Source: Helicobacter cetorum (lineage in GTDB: Bacteria; Campylobacterota; Campylobacteria; Campylobacterales; UBA6016). Taken from it: 64,000 nucleotides of DNA. Location of the stretch: contig DZAX01000007.1 of the NCBI GenBank assembly GCA_022729705.1, positions 1,868-65,867 of the forward strand. Direction: 5' to 3'. The translations under genes and the position numbers were made by a program. The first letter of the stretch is position 1. Every line of letters begins with the position of its first letter. Shown one piece after another: positions 8,834-18,554 of this stretch. Under the pieces are notes generated by a model. It made no database searches. It had not been told where the DNA came from and saw only the letters and a program-made list of their open reading frames with translations.

Positions 8834-9742
8834 TTGCTTGAAAAAGTAACAGACAAAATAGACGAAATCATTGGCGAAATAAATAACAAACGTATAAGCG
8901 AACTTTTTGCACAGGTGAGCGGCGGCAAGATGTTGCGCCCTAGGCTAATGCTAAAAATCAGCCAAAACGAGCGGATTTATGAGTTGGCGGCTATTGTGGA
9001 GCTAATCCATATAGCAAGCCTCTTGCATGACGACGTAATAGACGCTTCTTTGCTAAGACGCAAAAAACCTACCGTAAACGCCACTGATGGCGATAGAGTA
9101 GCGGTAATGCTAGGCGATGTGCTGTATTCAAAGGCGTTTTCAAAACTAGTCTCTTTTGAGCCCTGTATAGCAAAAAAGATTTCAGACGCAGTTACCACGC
9201 TTAGTCTTGGCGAAATGGAAGACGTGGAGATGTCAAAAGAGCTAAACATCGACGAAGATAGATATATAAAGATGCTATACGGCAAAACAGGTGCTCTTAT
9301 AGAAGCCGCTGCGGTATCGGCTGCAATGCTTGAGGGTATGACACACGATGGTATTGAGACGTACGCAAAAAGTCTTGGCGTCGCATTTCAGCTGATAGAC
9401 GACGTGCTTGATATTATGGCGGACGAAGAGAGCCTTGGCAAGAGACCTTTTAGCGACTTTACGGAGGGCAAAAGCACCGCTCCATACATCCATCTCTACA
9501 AAAACGGCGATGAAGAGACAAAAGGATTTTTGAGGAGTATATACAAAAAAAGAGTTAACGACGAACAAAAAGAGAAGCTAATGCAAGAGTTTCACAAGCG
9601 CGGCTCGATAGAGTACTCTTTGTCTTTAGCAAAAAATGTGACGCAACAAGGACTATCCGCCCTTCATGCGTCAAGCGTAGATGAGGCGCTAAAAATCGCT
9701 CTTACCGACACGGCAAAAAAACAGCTTTCAAGACTATTTTAA
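8834..9742 (+). CDS. ispB: Polyprenyl diphosphate synthase
   Basis: GGKMLRP, LHDDVID, FQLIDDVLD. Confidence 0.9.
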   Translation: MLEKVTDKIDEIIGEINNKRISELFAQVSGGKMLRPRLMLKISQNERIYELAAIVELIHIASLLHDDVIDASLLRRKKPTVNATDGDRVAVMLGDVLYSKAFSKLVSFEPCIAKKISDAVTTLSLGEMEDVEMSKELNIDEDRYIKMLYGKTGALIEAAAVSAAMLEGMTHDGIETYAKSLGVAFQLIDDVLDIMADEESLGKRPFSDFTEGKSTAPYIHLYKNGDEETKGFLRSIYKKRVNDEQKEKLMQEFHKRGSIEYSLSLAKNVTQQGLSALHASSVDEALKIALTDTAKKQLSRLF

Positions 9743-9748
9743 GGGCTA

Positions 9749-11047
9749 TTGATGCACTATCTTACGTTGAGCTTTTCACACAAAAACAGCGACGTCGCCG
9801 TCAGGGAAAAGCTTGCGTTTACAGAAGAGACAAAAGAGAAAACTCTCAAAACGCTCACCTCAAACCCAATTATCTCCGAGGCTCTAATACTCTCCACCTG
9901 CAATAGAGTCGAAATTTTTGTAAGCTCAAAAGACAACTCTCTTGCCGCGCCTTTTATCTTTGAAGCTCTTTGCGCCCACTCCGGACTTAGCTCCGAAGAG
10001 CTTGAGGGCAGAGCGGACGTGTTTGAAAACGAGGGGGCGGTACACCATCTTTTTGCCGTCGCAAGCTCTCTTGATAGCATAGTAATCGGCGAGACGCAGA
10101 TAGCCGGACAGATAAAGGACGCTCTTAGGTTTGCGCAAGAGAGAGGGTTTTGCGCAAATAAAATCTCACGGGTGATGCAATACGCTTTTCGTTGCGCCGC
10201 CGAGGTAAGAAATCAGACCCAAATAGCCAAAAATCCAGTCTCCGTCGCAAGTGCTGCCGTGGATAAAGCAAAAAAGATGTTAGGCTCTCTCAGCGGCGAA
10301 TGCGCCGTGGTGATAGGCACGGGAGAGATGGGTTCTCTCGCCTGCAAACACCTGTTAACCGCCGGAGCTGATGTGATACTAGTCAGTAGAAGTTTGCAAA
10401 AAGCGGTTGATATGGCGGCAGAACTTGGGACAAACGCTCGCGGAGCTGATTATTCACAGCTTAGCGCGCTTCTTAATACGCACAGACTTCTCTTTTCGGC
10501 GACTGGCGCACAACATCCAATAATTGACGATAACGGCGTTGAAAAGTGCGAGTTTCGCAGGGTTTGGTTTGATATATCAGTGCCGAGAGATATAGAGATA
10601 AGCGATTGTCACGGCGTTGAGGTGGTTACGGTTGACGATTTGCAAGATATAGTAGAGCAAAACCAGTCGCTACGAGCGGAAGAGGCTCGCATTGCGTATA
10701 GTTTAGTCGGCTCGTATACGATAGAGTTTTTCAAATGGATAAGCGTCCTTAGCGTGGATCCAATCATCAAAGAACTAAGAGAAAAAGCGCAAGCCATTGC
10801 CGAAAAAGAGATAAAAAACGCCGTCAAAAAAGGGTTTATCCAGCAAGCACAGGAAGAGGAGATTGGCAAGCTACTCCATAGTGCGTTTAAAAAGTTTTTG
10901 CACGAGCCTACCGTCAACCTAAAGGCTATTGCGAGCAGCGCCAAGCTAGACGACACGGTGGAGGCGCTCAAATACCTACACAACCTATCTAGCGACGCAA
11001 AAGAGAGTTATAAACCTGAACAATATATGGACGAGGAGAGAGGGTAG
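9749..11047 (+). CDS. hemA: Glutamyl-tRNA reductase
   Basis: LSTCNRVE, GETQIAGQ, DISVPRDI. Confidence 0.97.
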   Translation: MMHYLTLSFSHKNSDVAVREKLAFTEETKEKTLKTLTSNPIISEALILSTCNRVEIFVSSKDNSLAAPFIFEALCAHSGLSSEELEGRADVFENEGAVHHLFAVASSLDSIVIGETQIAGQIKDALRFAQERGFCANKISRVMQYAFRCAAEVRNQTQIAKNPVSVASAAVDKAKKMLGSLSGECAVVIGTGEMGSLACKHLLTAGADVILVSRSLQKAVDMAAELGTNARGADYSQLSALLNTHRLLFSATGAQHPIIDDNGVEKCEFRRVWFDISVPRDIEISDCHGVEVVTVDDLQDIVEQNQSLRAEEARIAYSLVGSYTIEFFKWISVLSVDPIIKELREKAQAIAEKEIKNAVKKGFIQQAQEEEIGKLLHSAFKKFLHEPTVNLKAIASSAKLDDTVEALKYLHNLSSDAKESYKPEQYMDEERG

Positions 11048-11049
11048 TT

Positions 11050-12774
11050 ATGAAATTTTCAAGAACGCTTATAAATACGATAAAAGATTATAAAACAGAG
11101 GGCGACGAGGGCGGACTTAGAAGTCAAGAGTATCTAACTAGAGGCGGTTTTGTGCTTCAAATCGCAAGCGGTATATATGACTTTTTGCCGCTTGGCAAGA
11201 TGATGCTTGACAATATCAAAGCTATCATCAACGAAGAGTTGACAAATGCGGGATGTATAGAGGTAGACCTTGCGTTTGTGTGCCCCGAAGAGCTTTGGCA
11301 AAAATCAGGCAGAGCTGAAAAGTACGGCAAAGAGCTTTTGAGATTAGACGATAGAAAAGGGCAAAAATTTCTCCTCTCGCCGACGTGCGAAGAGATGATG
11401 GTGGAGCTTGCCAAATCCAAAATCACAAGTTATCGCCAACTTCCAAAGAATATCTATCAGATAAAACTAAAGTTTCGCGACGAGGTGCGCCCCCGATTTG
11501 GACTGCTAAGAGGTCGTGAATTTGTAATGAAAGACGGATACTCTTTTCACGACTCACACGAGGATATGCTCAGAGAGTTTCATCTAATGGAAGAGACTTA
11601 TAAAAAGATATTTACAAGAATGGAACTAGACTTTAAAGTCGTGGAAGCCGATAGCGGTGCGATTGGCGGTAGCGGCTCAAAAGAGTTTATGGTGTTAGCA
11701 AACGCCGGAGAGGATACGCTAGCCGTATGTAAAGCGTGCGAATACGGCGCAAACGTCGAAGCGGCGAGAAGAAAACCAAAAAAACGCCCAAGGGTCGAAG
11801 TGTGCGAACCCGAAGAGGCGTATACTCCATATACAAAAACGATAGAGGAGTTGGCTGAGTTTTTTGAGACAGATAGAGGTGTTTTTGTAAAAGCCATCGT
11901 TAAAGAGGCTATTTATGAAGACGCAAAGCAAAACACTCCTGTAGTTTTTTTTGTAGCCGGAGACGATGAGCTTGAAGAGACAAAAGCCATAAATGCCGCC
12001 AAAGCTTTGGCACTGCTTGATATAGACGAAGCGGGGCTTAAAGAGAGGTATCCGGACAAAAATATTACTCTTGGGTATGTGGGGCTTGGCGTGGAGTGCG
12101 AATATTTTGTAGATATGGAGCTACTGGATAGAAACGGTATGATTATGGGCGCAAACAAAGCTGATTATCACATCAAAAACATTAGCGTCAAGGCTCCGAT
12201 TGGAAAAGTAAAAGATTTGGTTTTGGTAAAAGAGGGCGATGCTTGTCCAAAGTGCGGCGCGGATTTGTCATACGCTAAGGGGATTGAGGCGGGGCATATT
12301 TTTCAGCTTGGAACACGCTACTCTGAGCCTTTGGGGGCTAAGTTTCTTGACAAAAACGGCAAAACGCAACCGTTTATTATGGGGACGTACGGCATAGGCG
12401 TAAGCCGCCTAATTTCGGCGGTTATAGAGCAAAACTCTGATGAAAAAGGGTGTATTTTGCCCTCTTCCATAGCCCCTTTTCAGGTGGATATAATCGTCTC
12501 AAACGTCAAAGACGGCGCACAATGGGAAGCTGCAAATGGGCTATATGAAGAGCTAAAGGCGGTCGGTGTAAAAACCATACTTGATGACAGGGATGAAAGA
12601 TACGGGCATAAGATGGCGGATTTTGAGCTAATAGGTTTTCCTTATGCGCTGATAGTCGGTAAAAATATCACCGATGGCACAGTGGAGATTGTAAACAGAA
12701 AGACGCTTCAAAAAGAGCCTTACGAAGCCGCTATCGCCGCCGCAAAACTAAAAACACTAATATTGGGAGATTAA
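11050..12774 (+). CDS. proS: Proline--tRNA ligase
   Basis: FRDEVRPRFGLLRGREF, GIEAGHIFQLGT, MGTYGIGVSR. Confidence 0.97.
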   Translation: MKFSRTLINTIKDYKTEGDEGGLRSQEYLTRGGFVLQIASGIYDFLPLGKMMLDNIKAIINEELTNAGCIEVDLAFVCPEELWQKSGRAEKYGKELLRLDDRKGQKFLLSPTCEEMMVELAKSKITSYRQLPKNIYQIKLKFRDEVRPRFGLLRGREFVMKDGYSFHDSHEDMLREFHLMEETYKKIFTRMELDFKVVEADSGAIGGSGSKEFMVLANAGEDTLAVCKACEYGANVEAARRKPKKRPRVEVCEPEEAYTPYTKTIEELAEFFETDRGVFVKAIVKEAIYEDAKQNTPVVFFVAGDDELEETKAINAAKALALLDIDEAGLKERYPDKNITLGYVGLGVECEYFVDMELLDRNGMIMGANKADYHIKNISVKAPIGKVKDLVLVKEGDACPKCGADLSYAKGIEAGHIFQLGTRYSEPLGAKFLDKNGKTQPFIMGTYGIGVSRLISAVIEQNSDEKGCILPSSIAPFQVDIIVSNVKDGAQWEAANGLYEELKAVGVKTILDDRDERYGHKMADFELIGFPYALIVGKNITDGTVEIVNRKTLQKEPYEAAIAAAKLKTLILGD

Positions 12775-12776
12775 TT

Positions 12777-13622
12777 ATGCTAAAAAAAGCTCTACTTTTA
12801 AGCCTCGCCGCTTCATTGTCACTTATCGCCGCCACAAATAAAGAGATAGAAGAGTACAAAATGTCAATCTTCAAAAACTCCAAACAAGCGACCGTAAAGT
12901 CGGTTAAAGTAGTATCAAGAGAGCCTGCGGAGGGCTTTGCGGAGTGGGAAGCGGTTACCATACTTATTGAGTTTGTCATAGATAAAAACGGTAAAAAGCA
13001 AACGCTCAAAACGCCGGATACGGTGTTTGTTAGAGGCGAACTTATGGCGGATGAAATTGTAAATCTCAAAAAATTAAAAAGTGCCAAAGAGTCGTCCAAA
13101 TCAAAGGCGGACGCTTCTTTTTTTGACGCCGAACATCTAGTGGCGGGCTCCAAAGACGCTAAAAATAAGTTGCTCGTATTTAGTGACCCGCTGTGTCCGT
13201 TTTGCAGAGACATCGTGCCGGACATAATAGCCGCCGCCGTAAAACATCCATCAAAACTAGCGGTATACCACTACTCGTTTCCGCTAACGGCACTGCACCC
13301 CGCGTCTGAAGCTATCGTAAAAGCGGAGCTTAGCGTCAGAGGAGGCGTCAAAAATAGAGCGGAGTTTATGACTAAGTTATACGCCACAGAAGTTGAAGCA
13401 GAAGAGGCGGACGAGGGGAAAATAGCCGCCAAACTAAGCTCTGAACTAGGGATAAAAATCCAAAAAAGCGACATGGCAAAAAAAGAGACGATTACAGAGT
13501 ACTCCAAAGAGATGCAAGCGGCATATAAACTTCTAATCAGAGGCACCCCAACTGTGTATATAAACGGCGAGATAGACCAAACAAAAGCAAAAACACAACA
13601 ACTACTTAAAGATTTAAAATGA
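12777..13622 (+). CDS. Periplasmic DsbA/DsbC-like thioredoxin-fold protein
   Basis: Signal peptide, [18 protein letters not shown]. Confidence 0.88.
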   Translation: MLKKALLLSLAASLSLIAATNKEIEEYKMSIFKNSKQATVKSVKVVSREPAEGFAEWEAVTILIEFVIDKNGKKQTLKTPDTVFVRGELMADEIVNLKKLKSAKESSKSKADASFFDAEHLVAGSKDAKNKLLVFSDPLCPFCRDIVPDIIAAAVKHPSKLAVYHYSFPLTALHPASEAIVKAELSVRGGVKNRAEFMTKLYATEVEAEEADEGKIAAKLSSELGIKIQKSDMAKKETITEYSKEMQAAYKLLIRGTPTVYINGEIDQTKAKTQQLLKDLK

Positions 13623-14566
13623 AAAAACTAATCATTGCAACACGTGCGTCAAAACTGGCTCTTTGGCAGTCAAACCACATAAAAGCCATGCTTGAAGAAG
13701 CTCATCCGGGGCTTGTCGTGGAGCTAAAACCAATCAAAACAACCGGCGATAAAATCCTAGACACCCCGCTAGCGCTTATAGGCGGTAAAGGGCTTTTTAC
13801 AAAAGAGCTTGAAGAGGATATGCTAAGCGGCGGCTCTCATCTAGCCGTGCATAGCCTAAAAGATGTTCCGACAAGATTTCCCGAGGGGCTTACGCTCGCC
13901 GCCGTTACAAAAAGAGAAGACCCAAGGGATTGCTTTTTGTCGTTTAAATACGCTTCGTTATCAGAGCTTCCGCAGGGCGCCGTTGTTGGCACTACAAGTC
14001 TTAGGCGAAGAATGCAGCTAAAAGCATATCGCCCCGATCTAGCCATCAAAGACTTAAGAGGAAACGTCGATACAAGGTTAAAAAAACTTGAAGACGGGAA
14101 GTTTGACGCTATTATATTAGCGACCGCCGGAATAAAGAGACTTGGGCTAATAGAGAGCGTGAAATATGCGACCCCTATAGATAGAGAGGTCATGACTCCA
14201 TCCATGGGGCAAGCGGCTATCGGTATAGAGAGTGTGGATGATGACGAGATAATCGAACTACTCTCTGTGCTTAACGACGAAGACGCAATGATAGAGACGG
14301 CTATCGAGCGCGATTTTGTAGACGCACTAGAGGGCGGATGTCAAGTTCCGATAGGCGTAAACGCTTCTCTCAACGGCGACAATGTCGAGGTAATGGCGGT
14401 TTTGGGTATGCCGGACGGCTCTTCAATAATGAAAAAAAGCGTTACCGCTTTGGCTGAAGATTATGAAGATATTGGCGAAGAGCTTGCAAATGAGTTTTTG
14501 GCGGAGGGCGCAAGAGAGCTCTTAAACGCTGCGTGCGCTATGGGCGAGGAGATATTGAGATATTGA
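13619..14566 (+). CDS. hemC: Hydroxymethylbilane synthase
   Basis: [36 protein letters not shown]. Confidence 0.97.
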   Translation: MKKLIIATRASKLALWQSNHIKAMLEEAHPGLVVELKPIKTTGDKILDTPLALIGGKGLFTKELEEDMLSGGSHLAVHSLKDVPTRFPEGLTLAAVTKREDPRDCFLSFKYASLSELPQGAVVGTTSLRRRMQLKAYRPDLAIKDLRGNVDTRLKKLEDGKFDAIILATAGIKRLGLIESVKYATPIDREVMTPSMGQAAIGIESVDDDEIIELLSVLNDEDAMIETAIERDFVDALEGGCQVPIGVNASLNGDNVEVMAVLGMPDGSSIMKKSVTALAEDYEDIGEELANEFLAEGARELLNAACAMGEEILRY

Positions 14567-14657
14567 TGTTACACGCCAATACGAGCAAAGCCCGTCTTGG
14601 CGGCAAGGACATAAATGTCCCTGCACCCCCTGAAGCTACCCGCCAGAGGCGGGAGAG
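14561..14657 (-). repeat. Family-A triple-hairpin repeat copy A1
   Basis: Reverse complement reads CTCTCCCGCC..GGCGGGTAGCTTCAGGGGGTGCAGGGACATTTATGTCCTTGCCG-stem-GTAACATCAATA. Confidence 0.9.
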
Positions 14658-14700
14658 AGCGGCAAGCCGCGAGAGCCCTCCGCTGAGGAGCTAATTTACG
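14657..14700 (+). repeat. Family-B repeat copy B2 (partial), back-to-back with A1
   Basis: GAGCGGCAAGCCGCGAGAGCCCTCCGCTGAGGAGCTAATTT. Confidence 0.8.
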
Positions 14701-14716
14701 GCAAGGATAAGCGCTA

Positions 14717-15325
14717 GTGAAACACCAACTTCTTGAGTTTTACTCTTCTAGGAAATTTTTTTTGGATACGATAGATTCTACGCTTGTTGATAAAAGTCTA
14801 GTGTATGATAGAGAGTATGGCTTTTGCGACTCTCCGATTATGTTTATCGGTGAAGCGCCGGGGGATAATGAAGTAAAAGAGGGGAGACCTTTTTGTGGGG
14901 CGGCGGGAAAAAATCTGCACAAGCTAATAGAGGCGGCGAAGCTTGATAGGGCAAAGATAGTTATCACAAATGCTTTTGCTTTTCGGACGTTTGACCACTC
15001 CCAAAAAGGAGTAAAAAACAGAACGCCAAACAGCGCCGAACTCCTACTTGGTGCGTCGATGCTACTTTTGGAGATAAAAATCATAAAACCTAGAGTTATC
15101 GTCATACTAGGAGGAAGTGCCGAAAAGGCTATGCTAAAACTTGGCGACCAAACGCTACGAGAAGCTTTCAAAAATCTCTCAAAGCATGAGATAAAAGAGG
15201 CGTTGCATGATGGAAAAACACTGCACATAGCCAAGACACACCACCCAAGCCCTCTTGTATTCAACAGGGCGGACAAACGAGCTGAGCTATACGAGTTTTT
15301 TGGTAGGTTGCATGAGCATAAGTGA
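14717..15325 (+). CDS. Uracil-DNA glycosylase, family-4-like
   Basis: MFIGEAPG, GRPFCGAAG, ITNA, NRTP, HHPS. Confidence 0.88.
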   Translation: MKHQLLEFYSSRKFFLDTIDSTLVDKSLVYDREYGFCDSPIMFIGEAPGDNEVKEGRPFCGAAGKNLHKLIEAAKLDRAKIVITNAFAFRTFDHSQKGVKNRTPNSAELLLGASMLLLEIKIIKPRVIVILGGSAEKAMLKLGDQTLREAFKNLSKHEIKEALHDGKTLHIAKTHHPSPLVFNRADKRAELYEFFGRLHEHK

Positions 15326-16052
15326 GAGCAAAAACGCGCAATTAGGGTTTTTGTACTCTATTCTTTCGCATCTGCTGATTGCGGCTTTGTTTTATTTTTT
15401 GACGATAAACAAAAAAGATTTACCGCCAAAAGAGGAGAAAAAGACGCTTGAGCTCTCTAAGTTTCAAACAAAACCAATAGAAAAAAGCACTCCGCAAAAA
15501 GAGTCCAAACCACAAGAAAAACCAAAGCAAAGCTCCAAAACAGCGCAACGTGAAAAACCGAAAAAAACACCACAAAAAGAGCCCGCCAAAGAAGAGAGCG
15601 CCCCAAAAACCGCAAAATCACAAGAGCAAAACAAAACATTCACCAAAAAACCCGCCGACAACTCCCTGCTATCAGAGCTAAACAACGAGTTCAAATCCGC
15701 TCCAAAAGAAGCTGGCTCCCCAATCCAAAAACTTTACGGCAAAGATTTTGAAAGAATGGGCAAAGAGGAGCAAAAATTTATCAAGGACAACCTAGGCACC
15801 ATCGGTAAAATAACTGAAAAATACCTCAGGTATCCGGACGTATCCGCTAGATTAAGACAACAAGGAGCAAGCGTAGTCGAGTTTTTCTTGTATCCAAACG
15901 GCGATATTGGCGATTTGCGACTTCTTGAGGGCTCAGGATACCGTCCGCTTGACAAAAACTCAATAGAGACGATAGAGATAGCCTACAAAGACTACCCTAG
16001 ACCTAGCGTAAAGACAAAGATTAGGATATATGTGCAGTATTCGATGTATTAG
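15312..16052 (+). CDS. tonB: TonB-family energy transducer
   Basis: N-terminal TM with SxxxH, Pro/Lys-rich linker, TonB_C (YP...QG...F...G...SG...LD); ATG 15312 preferred over TTG 15255. Confidence 0.8.
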   Translation: MSISESKNAQLGFLYSILSHLLIAALFYFLTINKKDLPPKEEKKTLELSKFQTKPIEKSTPQKESKPQEKPKQSSKTAQREKPKKTPQKEPAKEESAPKTAKSQEQNKTFTKKPADNSLLSELNNEFKSAPKEAGSPIQKLYGKDFERMGKEEQKFIKDNLGTIGKITEKYLRYPDVSARLRQQGASVVEFFLYPNGDIGDLRLLEGSGYRPLDKNSIETIEIAYKDYPRPSVKTKIRIYVQYSMY

Positions 16053-16059
16053 GGGAATT

Positions 16060-16183
16060 TTTTTGTAGTGTCTTTATAAAAGGGCGATGCAGTGATTTTC
16101 ACGATATATCTCGTCTTATCGGCCGCCAAAGACGATCAATCGACACCGCCCGTTAACTTTAGTCTAAGCAAAAATAGTTCCAA
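16060..16183 (-). pseudogene. Possible histidine-phosphatase (SixA/PGM-like) remnant
   Basis: MELFLLR start and a downstream ITASPF(IRTLQ)-like motif after frameshifts; heavily deleted. Confidence 0.3.
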
Positions 16184-16184
16184 G

Positions 16185-16372
16185 TTAGTTTTTTGGCTTA
16201 AAAAGCGATGCAATATAGTCTATTATCTCACCATTTCCAGTCAGCTCCGCCGCTTCCATACGGCTAACATCAATATACTTTTGCCGTTTGGCAAGGCGGC
16301 GTTTGCCTCTTCTTTTGAGGTTATCAGCGTGTTTATTGCGCCTATGTCTTCTTTTTTTGATAGCTTCAACTA
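16185..16372 (-). pseudogene. Ankyrin-repeat protein remnant
   Basis: EAIKK/EDIGAINTLITSKEEANAALPNGKSILMLAVWK, then another frame AAELTGNGEIIDYI. Confidence 0.5.
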
Positions 16373-16567
16373 CCTCTTACGACGGGGGAGCCGCCATTAG
16401 CGAAGCGGCTAATGCAAAAGCGAAAACGATTTTTTTCACACTTTGCCTTTGAAACTGTGTCAGCGCAACGCAGTAGGTCTAGATTATAAAATGTAAATTT
16501 TTTTCTATATATGAAGCTTTTAAAGATTAATTCTGTAAAGTAATACAAATTCATACAAAGGCACGTT

Positions 16568-18151
16568 ATGCTTAAAAATATGTCTATTAAAGCAAAACTT
16601 CTACTATTTCCCTGCTTACTTGCAGTGTTGCTTATTATTATATTCAGTTTATATCATAATAAAAACAAAGAGAAGGAGTACATAACCGTTACCAATGAAA
16701 TGATGAACCGCTTGATTAACGACTATTTGGATACCCGCATAAAATTATATCAGTTGTTCAGAATACATAACGATGAAAATATTAAAAAAGCGCGGGACAA
16801 CATAGATAAAAATAAAAAACAGATAGCCGATGCAAAGATGCGTCTAAAAACAACCGAAAATCTCAATAGGATGGAAGAAAACTCAAAACTTATAGTGGAG
16901 TATGAGGAGAAGTTTAATGACTATATGAAAATAGTTGACGAAGAGCAAAAAAGCGGCATAAAGAGCGATGACAACATAACACAACTTGTAAAAGGATGGG
17001 CGGCGATAGGCGCAAAAATACAAAAAAATACCGAAGATACTAGAGAAAGCTTATTCGTCTCCCTCGAAAAAGAAGAGAAGCATCTATATACGATGATGTC
17101 TATCGGCTATATAATTATTTTTACTCTTTTTACCATTATGTCATATATTGTTATAAGACAGATTATGCGCTCAATAAGCCTGCTTCGTAATTCAATAGGC
17201 GCGTTTGACTCTCATAAAGAGCTTGGTTTTAGAGTCGTATACGATGGAAAAGACGAGATAGGCGACGCCATAAAAAGCTTTAACGCACTACTCGCAACGC
17301 TGGAAGAAACCATCAAAGACGCAAAAAAGACTTCAAACGAAAACGCTTTTGTATCGCATGAGCTTAGCGCCACAAGTGCCCAAATAGGTAAAAACGCAGA
17401 ATCGGGGGCGCAGATAGTATTTGAAGCGATAGAAGAGATAAAAACTATAAAAAATTTTATAGAGGGTACAGCCTCTATGTCGTTACATACGAAGGATGAG
17501 ATAAAAGTAGCGGTAGACAGGCTAAACGGCGCAAAAAACTCTATAACTTCTCTAAAAAATGAAGTGGACAAAGCCAGCGAAGCAGAAGCGACTCTTGCGA
17601 GACGGCTTGAGAGCATGAGCGCCGAGGCGGCGCAGGTTAAGCAGATACTTTTGGTTATCTCCGATATAGCCGAGCAAACAAATCTTTTGGCTCTAAACGC
17701 CGCCATAGAAGCGGCTAGAGCCGGAGAGCACGGCAGAGGATTTGCGGTGGTGGCGGATGAAGTGCGAAAACTTGCAGAGAGAACACAAAAAAGCCTCACA
17801 GAAATCAACGCCACCATAAACACCATAGTCCAATCTATCATAGAGGCGGCAGAACAAATGGGTGTTAACGCCAACAATATTCAAAAATTAGTAGGAGTAT
17901 CTTATAGCGTTGAAAACGACATTATAGAGACCGGAACGACAATGCAAAGCTCTATGCACTCAGTAATAGAGAGCGCCGATAACTCCGTCAAGATAGCGAC
18001 CGACGCTGAGAAAATAGTAAAACTTGTCGGCAATATAAATCTTCTAACAAGTCAAAACGTAAAAAGCGTAGAGGAGATAGCCGCAACATCAGAACATCTA
18101 TACAAACTAACGGAAAATCTAAATGAAAAACTAAATATGTTTAAATCTTAA
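16568..18151 (+). CDS. Methyl-accepting chemotaxis protein
   Basis: Two TMs, [42 protein letters not shown]. Confidence 0.96.
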   Translation: MLKNMSIKAKLLLFPCLLAVLLIIIFSLYHNKNKEKEYITVTNEMMNRLINDYLDTRIKLYQLFRIHNDENIKKARDNIDKNKKQIADAKMRLKTTENLNRMEENSKLIVEYEEKFNDYMKIVDEEQKSGIKSDDNITQLVKGWAAIGAKIQKNTEDTRESLFVSLEKEEKHLYTMMSIGYIIIFTLFTIMSYIVIRQIMRSISLLRNSIGAFDSHKELGFRVVYDGKDEIGDAIKSFNALLATLEETIKDAKKTSNENAFVSHELSATSAQIGKNAESGAQIVFEAIEEIKTIKNFIEGTASMSLHTKDEIKVAVDRLNGAKNSITSLKNEVDKASEAEATLARRLESMSAEAAQVKQILLVISDIAEQTNLLALNAAIEAARAGEHGRGFAVVADEVRKLAERTQKSLTEINATINTIVQSIIEAAEQMGVNANNIQKLVGVSYSVENDIIETGTTMQSSMHSVIESADNSVKIATDAEKIVKLVGNINLLTSQNVKSVEEIAATSEHLYKLTENLNEKLNMFKS

Positions 18152-18152
18152 T

Positions 18153-18419
18153 GTGCCTAAACTGGACAAGGAAGTGATTGCCGAGATGCTTCAAAATAAT
18201 GGCAAGATTGATTTGAACATAAAACCAAAAGAACAAAAGATGCTTGAACTAACGATAATTCCTAGGAGCAGGGCAATAGAGCTTGAAAAAGCAGAAAAAG
18301 AGTTTTTGGTAAAACAAAAAGCCGCACTTTGGGAGCAGGAAAACGCCGAGGCAATAAACGAGCAAAACGCTAGAGTGGCTAGACGAGGGGTGTTTGCGGA
18401 TAAGGTGAGAAAAATTTAA
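18153..18419 (+). CDS. CcdA-antitoxin-like protein (orphan); start may be ATG 18240
   Basis: C-terminus WEQENAEAINEQNARVARRGVFADKVRKI resembles the CcdA WxxENxEAI...NxxxxxxGxF toxin-binding tail. Confidence 0.6.
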   Translation: MPKLDKEVIAEMLQNNGKIDLNIKPKEQKMLELTIIPRSRAIELEKAEKEFLVKQKAALWEQENAEAINEQNARVARRGVFADKVRKI

Positions 18420-18554
18420 ATGCATGACTGGAAATGTGATGCAGCTAGATAGCCTAGATACTGCTTGCAAAAAAGAGCTCCTTGCAACAGAGCCGTAATA
18501 AAGAAGTTTTATAGTTTCAACTATATTATTACGCAGGCAAAAAAGAGCAAAAAG

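Noticed and set aside
16092-16400. Plus-strand 102-aa ORF
   Set aside because: No motifs or RBS; better explained as the antisense of the ankyrin and phosphatase-like relics.
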